Origin: Vermamoeba vermiformis
Lineage: Eukaryota
DNA length: 24,186 nucleotides
Direction: 5' to 3'
NCBI GenBank assembly: GCA_045837725.1
Contig: JBEWZL010000155.1
Span: 62,001-86,186 of the forward strand
Positions 1-10,013 of the stretch are shown in pieces; the stretch's first letter is position 1; each line of letters begins with the position of its first letter. The translations under genes were made by a program, and so were the position numbers. The notes under the pieces were generated by a model. That model saw nothing but the letters and a program-made list of their open reading frames with translations. It had not been told where the DNA came from and ran no database searches.

Positions 1-295
1 TATGATATCGTAATTTTACCTTAAAACGTCAGGCAAACTTAAATTATTCCAGATGGTGCGAAGCACATCCAACGGCAACTCCAGCAAATTATGGCCCATA
101 TGCGGCAACTAATTAATTTGTGGTGGATATGACTTCAACAAATAAATTCTAAACTTGTGGGTTGGTGCAGAGTATTTTGTAGGTAGAAGCCCTGGTTGAG
201 TTACTGACAGATCCACATAGGGCTGCTAAAACTTGCTAATAGTTACGTTAAGTCTTTATAATTTATTCATTTAGTGGTTACACAAGGTATGTCGC

Positions 296-1543
296 TTAAT
301 TTTTTATGAGAGAAGCAAGATCCGGCTTCTTTCTGTTCTTCGAAGGCGAGTCCGTTGTTGTATTCGTTGCTAACACGTACTCGACTGCTTCTTTCGCTGA
401 TGAAGTTCTATGTACGATGAAATATTGTTGCAACGCTGCCGTGCTCATGTGCTTGAAGTTGTTACGGATTTGGATCACCCGATCAACAAAGTCTTTAGCG
501 AGACCAGCTTCAGCTTGAGGGTAGTACTGCTTGAACATTTGCTCTATCTGTTCGTCGGTGATTACTGCAGGGTATTCTAGCTGCATGTCTACTCGACCAG
601 GGCGAATTAAAGCCGGATCCAATTTTTCAATGTGATTTGTAGTCAACACAAAAATTGATGCGTCTTTGCCGCCTATTCCATCGAGCGCGTTTAATAGTCC
701 ACTAAAAGATAATGGAATATTTTCCAACTTTGTGCGATCTGAGCCGAAAAGAGCATCCACATCTTCCAAAACGACCACGGATTTGTTCGGAACTGTTTGC
801 AAAGCTTTCTTTAATAATGAATCGGTCATCTTCGGGTCCGATACGTGCAAGTAAGCCACATTTCTGTCGGTATAGGACGCTAAGGCAGTAATAGTGGATG
901 TCTTGCCAGTACCAGGTGGACCATAAAACAAATACGACCGCTTATATGGAATGCAATGCGTAGCATACCAACGAGCAGTCTCTTTGCCTAAGAAGTTGTT
1001 CACGTCGTCGAGAAGTTGTTCTTTGAGATCTGCAGGCAAGATGACGGATTCCATCGTTCTTTTTCGCTTGATTATTGAGCGAGACCAGCACTGATTGTTG
1101 ACATTAAATGCATATACCGAAAATACGGTATTGTTGGTATGATTGTCCCATGCAGTGACTTTGTCGATAAAAGATTTTAGCACATCCAACTTTGTCGTGC
1201 CTTCCATAAGTAGCACTAGTGTCGTAAGATATTGCGGACCCATAACTGGCTTGCCATGAACTGCGTGAATGAAGTGTATAGTATTGCCTTCGTAGTCAAT
1301 CTTGAAGGTGCCCAAGCCCAAAGAAAAGCTGCATCCGTTTGATTTTTCTTCGTCTTCTGGATCTATCGTTGATAAAGTACCAATGCGCACGCTCTTCTTG
1401 CAACCACAGACGTTGGTCAAGTACTTGCATATAGAAGAGTAAGAAGATTCTGTTGATTTGAGTTCTAAAGACGTGCACTGATCGGGATCGAGGTTAATCG
1501 ATCTGATTGATTCTAAGCTGTAAGGATAATATGATGTATTCAT
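296..1543 (-). CDS. BCS1-type AAA+ ATPase, single exon, ~415 aa, no N-terminal transmembrane anchor evident
   Basis: Walker A GPPGTGKT preceded by YKRSYLFY, Walker B VVVLEDVD, BCS1-clade motif LSFSGLLNALDG, and second region of homology TTNHIEKLDPALIRPGRVD. The first in-frame ATG is at 1543 (MNTSYYPY); the ORF-track TTG start at 1714 is not used. Confidence 0.85.
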   Translation of the reverse strand: MNTSYYPYSLESIRSINLDPDQCTSLELKSTESSYSSICKYLTNVCGCKKSVRIGTLSTIDPEDEEKSNGCSFSLGLGTFKIDYEGNTIHFIHAVHGKPVMGPQYLTTLVLLMEGTTKLDVLKSFIDKVTAWDNHTNNTVFSVYAFNVNNQCWSRSIIKRKRTMESVILPADLKEQLLDDVNNFLGKETARWYATHCIPYKRSYLFYGPPGTGKTSTITALASYTDRNVAYLHVSDPKMTDSLLKKALQTVPNKSVVVLEDVDALFGSDRTKLENIPLSFSGLLNALDGIGGKDASIFVLTTNHIEKLDPALIRPGRVDMQLEYPAVITDEQIEQMFKQYYPQAEAGLAKDFVDRVIQIRNNFKHMSTAALQQYFIVHRTSSAKEAVEYVLATNTTTDSPSKNRKKPDLASLIKN

Positions 1544-2205
1544 GTTGCTGGCTTCTGGTGGATTAATAATTAGCACGAAAATAATGGTGCGTCGTGCCTT
1601 TTTCTGCCTTTTGCTCTGGTTTTTCTGGCCAATTTTCCTGCGCAAAATAATTCCTAGAAACGAACAGTTGTGAACTTTTGAACAGCAGTTGTGGTTGTGT
1701 GACGCGGCAAGCAATGTCTTGGCGCTTTCTGCTCATTCATCAGCCCATAAAAATAGGAAGGCCGTACCTACATAATATTAGTTACAAATAATGAAATGGT
1801 GCGTGATAACAGTTGTAAACAACAAATTGCGGATATTAATAATCTGTTTGTAATTGTAAAAATTAAAAATCAAAAATAATTAAAATAGCCTACCGTCAGA
1901 AACACCAAACAGTAAATACAAAGCACAAAAATTCTTCATAGAATTAGCGTATTAAATAAATTTAGCCAGAAAAAACGCAAGGCATCCAATTATTGAAGTT
2001 CGGTCTTCCCATTTTTCTTGCTACTCCTTTAATTATAAAATGCATGTACTATTACTAGTAATAATCGTACTTCTTTGCATTAAACTAACTTGCGTTATCG
2101 TTTGATCTCGGGTACTAAAAATAAAAACTTGGGAACTGTCCGCCAAAACTTTCGTATTTGTAGGGGATAGTAAATCAATTGCCATGAATTTAGTACCACA
2201 TTTTA

Positions 2206-5200
2206 TTAGAAGTTTATGCTTGCGTCTTTCATTTCGTAAGTCAACGTCGGGATTGGTACAAAATGTTGACTGAGTTTGTCGTACAGCGGCCGATCTAGCT
2301 TTTTAACGGTCTCCTCGAATCTCTTATAATACAAAATCAATTGCGTGAACACTTTCTTCAAAATTTCAGTGCCTGTAATAAAATTGGAGAAGTAACCAAA
2401 CACATCCGATCGGATCTTGTTCAAGTGCTGCTTCCAGTTCGACTCGAACTCCTTGATAAGGCTATTGACAGAGTCTGAATAACGGAAAATAGTTAGGTAA
2501 TGAACTTTAAACTCTAAAAAGATTCGTCGAATCGATTTTTTATCGCTGAACAGCGGATCAGAAAACATCATTTCCTTTTATGGAAATTAAAAAATAATAA
2601 TACGACGAAGCTTAAATATGCTTAATATATTGTGTTTTAAAGCTTACCAGGATTGAGCTGAGGCCTTGGACCGTTAGGATTCTCATCCAATGCAGCGCTC
2701 ATTTGCGTAGTCTGTTTGGTGAAGTGCACCAAGCTGTTGAAGTAGATGAGCAGCTCGTCTTCCACAAATCGTGCTGACTGCGCTTTTTCTAATTCACTGA
2801 ACTGCTTTGTATCCTCGTTCTCGAAATTTTTCTCCTAAATTACAACTTGGATCAGCTCCATGGCAAAACGAAATTATCTATATTTGTTGAAAAATAATAT
2901 TCATATAATCAATAATTGGCTCCTCCTAGGGATTGGAAGAAAAAACGGTCGCGAGAAACGCGAGAAACTAGATCTGGTCGGCGCGTACTGGCCGAACCTG
3001 GCTCTAGTAATTCTCTATTTAAGAAAGCTTATGGTACTTACTGCTAACCGAGATACAACTAAGCTATAATTATTGATATAAAACACTGATTGTCGAATGT
3101 GGTTCGGATGCGGTCTGTCCATTGGTGCGATTCGCGTAATGAGCTCAATAATTTGCTAATAGATCGCGTTAGGACTTATGTATGGTGTTTAGTCTTACGT
3201 TATACGTACCTTTCGCAATTGACTAAGCTTAGCATTAATTTTCAGTTTGTCTTGGCCTTCAAGTTTTTCTAAAAGAGCGGATGCCGAGTACAAAAGCTCT
3301 GAATATCGTCTCATGATCTATAAACGCTTTGGTCAGCACTTCTATAGTCCATATATCGTTATTATACGTACAAAGTGAGCGTGGTATTGGTTAGGAGCGC
3401 ATTGCGGAATTTTAGCGTCTTTCAAGCTTTGAATATTCGCGTCTAAAATCTAAATATGCACCAAATATTAGCGCTATGTGATAAATTAATTATATAGCGA
3501 AACATTACCAGGTTGAGACGAGCAGCCAATTTGAACTTCGCCTTTGCCAAGTACGGATCGAGATCTTGAATGATGCGAGACTTCATTGTTTCTTTGTCCT
3601 CTTCTATGTTAATCATCATAATCATAACACTAACTGGATCATAGCAACTATTTAGCGCGGTATCTAGCCATTCCTAGGGTAAATTAATGTTAGATCCGCC
3701 TTCTCAAAACCCGCCTTGCTTGGTAGCACTAAATCGAGTTTAAATATTTAAATATACTCACTAAGTATGAGTCTACAATCTTTCCGAACAGAGGTTGGAA
3801 CAAAACGGATCCGCCGTAGAAATACTGCTCGAATTTGATCTCCGTGGATACAGTATCCATTAGCAGCATTTGTAAGCTTTGAAAGAGCTCTTCAATGCTG
3901 AATTTTTGTTGTTTCTCGAGCGCAAAGTGAGGAATAATAGCACCAAGTTCCTTATAACGAAGAAAATTAGATCGCGTACTGGATGTGGATCTATCATTCC
4001 TAGTATATAGTATATATACCTACTACTATGTTTGCAGTACCTTTCGCTTATTGAATATAATATCTCTGTTGCCTAATAAGAATGGACTTGAAGCCCTAGA
4101 AGCGTTGTTCTTGGAAACAGCTACATATCAACGATTAAACGGACTCATAAAATAATACTACGTTCGTTTTCGTTTATAATCTTAGTATTGATATTGTATT
4201 TTTTTAAGCATATTTAATAATAAATGAACGCTTACCTGTTTCAGGACTTCCTAACAGCTCAGGCTTTCCAATGTCCAACTTCATTTTCGATAATGAAGTC
4301 AAATAGTACTTGAAATTATTGGCGTAAATATTGCCGACAATATCAGCGTACTTTGTCAATATTTCATTTGCGATTAGCTTGTAATTATTCAAAAATCTGA
4401 ATAATTGACTGTATTTCAGCAGCACGTTTTGTTGCATCATTTGAATATTCGTGTTGGGCTTCTTTAACGCCAAAACCTTTGCCATAAGGAACGATCGTAC
4501 TCTAGATACCGCCTATACAACATATTAGTATCGTCCATTGGATTTGTACGAGTTACAATTTAACGAAGTAGATCCGCTACGTAACAAATTATCAAAAAAA
4601 TTGAAAATTTATTTCGGAATCGTCAATAATTATGATATTATTCCTTAATCTATGTCACATTATTATATTATATTTACGGTAATAATAAGTTAGTTGTAAC
4701 GTACCTTTACACGCAGTTTTTCGAGGACCGGCTGAAGTTCAATAAACGCCCTAGTCTCCGGATAATCTCGTCGATATTCATCAATAATTGAATTCTTCAC
4801 AAAAATAGCGCGAATATATTCCATGTACTCTTCTGTAATTTCTTTCTCGCAAACCGCTCTGAAAAAAAATCGTTAGCTAATTCGAATAATCATATAAAAT
4901 TATAATATGGCGTTGCAATGACATATTAATCGTTACTTATATGGAGTATGACTTACTTAATAAACTCTTCATCGATCACCAAAGATCCAACAAATTCGCT
5001 GGCATCAATTTCAATTTTCTATCAAATTGTTAGATTATGATTATAGTAGTTTATAATGCTATATAAATTACCTTTCTATTCTTAATAGCAACTTCATAAG
5101 CTTTAGAATCAGACATGAGTTTTTCCAAGTTCAAAGTCAAACTGCTCAAATCATCGTTAAAACCATTCAGCATGGTCAACATATTCTCTAAGGTATTGCT

Positions 5201-5942
5201 GCATTGTTGTGTGTCGTAATGCAATTGAATAAAACTTTCGGCTCTTCGTACATCTATAAAAATTGTTAAATTAGATCTGCGTGTAACGACAGCAAAAAAA
5301 TAATGTTATATTATCCAAAAGCATTATTATTAGCTACACGACGATATATGTACTTACATTCGCGAAGAGACATCTCTTCAAGCCCTTTCAACTCGCCCTC
5401 GAGCCTGTCTGAATTTTCTCGAAGAGTGTCGATCTGCGGTGCCGAAACATTAGATCAATATTGATATTAAAAATAATGTTATTAATATAAACGTATTAAT
5501 AATTTATAAATCAGCAATCTGCAATGAGACGTTTTCAGGTAACGTAAATTATCTGAAAATATCTAGCACCGATAAATAAGCTACTTTAACAATAATATGA
5601 CGTTGAATTTCCTTTACATTATATATGCATATTTATTCAAATATTATTAAGCTCTTACCTGCGGGTCATGGAAAATTTTTTCAATTAACGGATCAGATTG
5701 AAATTGCTGAATCAGCTCTGGCAAAATAAATTTCATTAATAAATATTATATGCTATTTTATCGTAATTAAGCATTAAAAAGCTCATAAAATTGCACATCT
5801 ATTATAAATAAATTTAAAATTATTTACCGCTTATCTCTTCATCGTCTATATCGTCTAGCTCATCGATAGTGCTTAAATTAATATCAAATGTGTTAGGGTC
5901 GAATGTATTCGAGTCCACTCTTTGCAATTCTGGCGTGCTCAT
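2206..5942 (-). CDS. VPS52: Vacuolar protein sorting 52 (GARP/EARP tethering complex subunit), 15 exons
   Basis: Manual splicing over 14 GT-AG introns gives a continuous frame from MSTPELQ (ATG at 5942) to the stop at 2206. It contains Vps52-like motifs KKPNTNIQMMQQNVLLKY, IMRRYSELL, VFYINNYSLV and FSNFITGTEILKKVFTQLILYYKRF. Confidence 0.9.
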
Positions 5943-6125
5943 CTGTTACGTTGATCCAAATAAAAATGAACTCGAAAAGGAAACGCAATCTTCGCGGTTT
6001 GGCGTATCCAACCTTCGTAAATATATCAAAATTAATGTAATTGACAAATAATACGTCGACAAGATGTACAAGGAATTTATTTGGGAGTTATAATACAGAT
6101 GGATTCGATCAGCTGAACTTGTAGG

Positions 6126-6835
6126 TTAAAATACTTGCGTATTCTTTCGTTCCATAGGAGGCACGTCTCTTTCCTTCGAATCGAGCTCATTATTCAAAGC
6201 TACAAATGTTTCAAGGCCGTCAAATTGCAACGGCTCTGCATCTGTCAGCGCAAATGTCTCTCGATTCTGATTGCCTTTAATTATGAATAGTCTTAGTGTA
6301 TAACATCCATCCAGCAATTGAACGCTATCGCCATCATAAACAGGTCTGGAGACACCCTTCAAGACGATCTCTGCTTTTTGACCCGTTTTTGGGAAATATT
6401 TGGCGGGATTTGATCCAAGCTAATAAATAAAGGATTATTATATTAGAAATAATAGGATGTTGTTCGTATCACGCTTCAATGAAATAAATTTTAAACAAAA
6501 TCAATTGGATTTATTCCGTAGAAATAAATAATAATGCCAATAAAGCATGAATAATATAATAATACATTGAGTGCGTATAATTTCCTAATTTGAGACTATA
6601 ATATTAAAATACTGGACAAGTGTCAAAAATAGAAACTTACAACCCGAATAACCAGACTGCCAGTTTGTTTCGTGAATATTAATTCTACGTGTTTGCGACT
6701 AATACGTAGGTCTTCAGTAAAAGCCTTGCCAAGGGTCGCTCGGAGAAAATTGGATTCACGTCCGATCAAGTTAATGCCATCTTGTAACTCTGTCTTCTTA
6801 CCACTTGCATCTTGTACAAAAGCGAAATAGGCCAT
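6126..6835 (-). CDS. Small (~162 aa) FHA-domain protein, PNKP/aprataxin/APLF-type FHA; exons 6835-6641 and 6419-6126
   Basis: FHA motifs LIGRE, ISRKH, LGSNP and DGDSVQLLDGCY. One phase-0 GT-AG intron (6640-6420) joins IRV to LGSNP in frame. Confidence 0.75.
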
Positions 6836-7035
6836 GGCTGTATGAAGTACGCAACAGCTATTGTTTGCTTTACAATCGAGCAAGAAGGACAAATGAATTT
6901 CAATTTCCGAACCGAAACATGGACACGAGGCACACACGACAGTGTAGGCAAGAATAAAGCATAAGGCTATCGGATTATTATAATGTCAATTCATAGTGTC
7001 TCATGTGAGCGCAAGAATCAGCGAACAAGCAAGAT

Positions 7036-7305
7036 GTCGGGAGATGTTCCGGATAAGCACGGGACAACGACTAATTGTTCTTCTAGGGGCAGAACTAACG
7101 AAATCAAATTTGGCGCGCTGTATAAGAGCGCGTCTCGCATTCTTCCTTCGGCTGAAGGCAAGAGGCTTTAAAATTGCGCGCCAACAGCTGATCTTGCCCT
7201 TGCAAGCTTACCGGCCACTAGACTCGCGGTACAACGAATTAATTTACGATAAGGACTTGATGACACTTCAGGTTTCGAGCTCAAAGTCGTAGTTGGTGTT
7301 GTTGT
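7036..7305 (+). ncRNA. Candidate structured RNA or foldback element of unknown family
   Basis: Nested stems 7049-58/7206-14, 7085-92/7194-7201, 7110-18/7176-84 (perfect 9 bp) and 7125-29/7165-69, an apical hairpin at 7140-64, and a second domain at 7231-7302. G-U pairs favour the + strand. Confidence 0.3.
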
Positions 7306-7510
7306 TTAAACAAGCTGCATCTTTGATCGGAGCACAAGAATTGTTTCCGCTATTCTGATTGGAATACCTATTAATAGTAGAAGCGTGCTTCTGCGTGTGA
7401 GAATGGTCAGGATTTTATTTGAAAGCGGTTTCAAGGTTTTGCTCATTTTTTCTTTTTGCGCAAAATTTCTTCGGAGCTTGATGCGCTGTTTGCCTCCGTA
7501 TTTTCGCTTC

Positions 7511-7566
7511 CCCGCAGCTTTCAATTAACCCTTTTGATATCAACGTAACGTGTACAACTCATAGGT
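7511..7566 (+). repeat. 56-bp dispersed repeat, copy 1 (copy 2 at 9807-9861)
   Basis: cccgcagctttcaattaacccttttgatatcaacgtaacgtgtacaactcataggt versus cccgcagcttttagtcaactttttgatatcaacgtcacgtgtacagctcattggt: 48 of 56 aligned positions identical. Confidence 0.85.
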
Positions 7567-7654
7567 GTATATTTTTGTCTATTTGGACGTAGTTGATTTT
7601 TGCGTTGCGATTCGGATTTGTAAATAATATTATTTGTATAATTTTGATATAAGA

Positions 7655-9472
7655 ATGGCCGAAGGTCAAGCATACGATTATTTATATAAAGGTAAGTGAA
7701 AAGAATACTTAAAATACGTCGTGGCTAATTTATAAGACCGGCTAACGATTATGAAAAATTATGCAGGATGACGTTTTTTCGCTAATAAGACTTATTACAA
7801 ATATAATTATAGCTTAATAATATCATATATATTATTGATATTGATTTGCACGATAAAATATTAAATTATCAATTTGTTGTGCCTCGCATAACGTTATCTG
7901 CGGGTAGATTGGTCTTTCGGTACCATGTGTTCCGAGGCCTATTTCAGCCCGCATATATAGACAATATATAATTATAGAAGGCCTGCATTTATTCAATATA
8001 AATCTAGTAATCGTAGCCAGCTGGATCTTCAATGAATTCTTACTAAAATTTAGCCATTATCTACGCTTAATTTGGTTTTATAGCGAGGCATTATACAAAT
8101 AATAATTATGCTATAATAGGATAATTATAAGTTTATTTCAAATACAGCTTTCTAACTGCTTTTCGGTTTTCAATCTGGATCAAAATAACAGTTACAATTA
8201 CCGTAGCTCAATCACTATAACCGTTTAGCGATCATATAAATAAGCCACGACGATTTACGCTTTAAATACAATTAAACCCGCTTACACAAGTTTCGTTTTC
8301 ATGAATCCACATCTAACTTTTGTGTTTTGCAGTGGTTATTATTGGTGACAGTGGTGTCGGTAAATCTAACTTGCTGACTCGTTGGACACGCAATGAATTC
8401 AATTTGGAGTCTAAGTCGACTATTGGTGTAGAGTTTACTACCCGAACAATTCAGATCGAAGGCAAAAATATTAAAGTTCAAATTGTCGATACTGGTACGT
8501 AAAAATATTAATTATCAATAATTTAAATAATATTAGCGGACCTTACGAAAAACAGAAATTAATACAAAGGAAATTTTTTTCGAATCTGCTGGATCGTACC
8601 GAACCGCTAACATATTGCAACATATTAATATTCATAATTTCTTAATTATACACACGAAGCTAATTATTTCTTTGCAAATGTTCTAATATTTTATTTGAAA
8701 TTTAGCCGGGCAAGAACGATTCCAAGCCATTACAAGCATTTACTACCGCGGTGCTGTTGGTGCCCTCGTGGTCTATGATATCACTAAATACACTAGCTTC
8801 AAGAATACAGAGAAATGGTTGCGAGAATTGCACAACAATACCAACGAGAACATTTGTGTTATGTTAGTCGGCAACAAGATGGATCTTGCCGTAAGTTCAT
8901 TTCATAGCCCTAATTATACTATATACGGCACCGTTAGTCTATGGACATCAACGAACAGCGTTTAAATCAATTTCCGAGTCTTTGTAAAGCCTCGAAACAC
9001 GCGTACCCACCTAACTTTTCAGTCAGTATTTTATGCTTCAGTCGCTCATAAATTTCTATTTAGAACTTGCGAGAGGTCAGCGCCGACGAGGCTAAGGGCT
9101 TCGCTCAAGCCCGTGGACTGTCGTTCATCGAGACTTCAGCCCTTGACAACACCAACATTGAACTTTGTTTCCAAACTATTTTGCACGGTACGTTTGAAAT
9201 TTCGAATAATAGTGTTATCTGTTGCTTCAAAAGTCGTACTATTTGCATCATTTCGTAATTATGGAGCGTTAATTCGTAGTTTTGGATCACGTGTCCTACG
9301 AGGTGTTTGTACTGACATTTTGACTTTAGAAATTTACCACAAGCTGAGCAAGCCTGCTTTGAGCTCAGGAGGCACCGACCCTAATGCGGCTACCGTGCCT
9401 AAGGGAACAACTGTTGTTTTGACAAACGACACTGAAAAGAAGCCTGCTGACGGCGAACAATGCAAATGTTAA
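7655..9472 (+). CDS. RAB11: Rab11-family small GTPase (divergent), 216 aa; exons 7655-7691, 8333-8494, 8706-8890, 9064-9187, 9330-9472
   Basis: [68 protein letters not shown] and a C-terminal CKC prenylation motif. The exons sum to 651 nt. Confidence 0.9.
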
Positions 9473-9790
9473 TAGAATCTCCCGGTAGATTAGCTCTTTA
9501 TTTTATTTTTAACTTAAATAGAGCTCTATTTAAGTAGAGTTACTATTTAACCTCGCTAATTATTATCAAAAAATTAAAAAAAAACAGAAGGTTATTCGAA
9601 AACAATTCCCTTGTAATTTTTCTATCTTTTTATCGTGAATAAACTTCATTTGTACGTAATAACGATCTTTATTCAGATATTATAAGCCCTTATTGAAAAC
9701 CACAATCTGTCGTGTTTTCGGCGATAAAGCACGTGCTTCAATCAGGTTGAGTTGTATCCTTTCAAAACTTTCATCTCTGCATTCCATTAA

Positions 9791-10005
9791 TTGTTACTTG
9801 TCTCTGCCCGCAGCTTTTAGTCAACTTTTTGATATCAACGTCACGTGTACAGCTCATTGGTACCAATAGTTGTTCGATTTAGACGACCTGTCAAATCGTG
9901 TCAGAGGCAACTTCTGCCGGGTAATTTCACGTTTTTTTTTAGTAAGTGGCACAGAAGTCCGTAGAATATCAAAAGATCAATTGGTTCGCGGCAGCAAGGC
10001 AACAG
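9791..10005. repeat. Foldback/MITE-like element with ~50-bp imperfect inverted arms; contains copy 2 of the 56-bp repeat
   Basis: The left arm 9791-9840 (…tttttgatatcaacg) is an imperfect inverse complement of 9960-10005 (cgtagaatatcaaaag…gcggcag). Internal hairpins lie at 9849-9873, 9875-9898 and 9910-16/9952-58. Confidence 0.5.
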
Positions 10006-10013
10006 ATCCAACG

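Larger units (their letters stand above)
6836..7654. promoter_or_regulatory. Divergent (bidirectional) intergenic region between the FHA gene and the Rab gene
   Basis: Head-to-head ATGs at 6835 (-) and 7655 (+). Confidence 0.6.

Noticed and set aside
1544-1714. N-terminal extension of the BCS1-like ORF from a TTG start
   Set aside because: In a eukaryotic context the first ATG is at 1543, and the extension reads like translated UTR or promoter sequence.
2050-2063. Palindrome TATTACTAGTAATA
   Set aside because: Short and AT-rich; expected by chance in this composition.
3060-3095. Possible frameshift in VPS52 near the INNY motif
   Set aside because: Careful re-reading gives gtg ttt tat atc aat aat tat in frame.
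7036-7305. Assignment of the structured element to SRP RNA, RNase P/MRP, U3, telomerase RNA or a TPP riboswitch
   Set aside because: Diagnostic motifs were not found on either strand (SRP helix-8 loop, GAAAGUC P4 pairing, U3 boxes A/B, a CUAACCCU template, CUGAGA).
7257-7358. C/D box snoRNA (TGATGA … CTGA)
   Set aside because: No terminal stem and no rRNA-complementary guide that I could recognise.
6983-7524. ORFs 6983-7171, 6996-7292 and 7306-7524 as proteins
   Set aside because: No recognisable motifs and mostly non-ATG starts; the region is better explained as a promoter or structured element.
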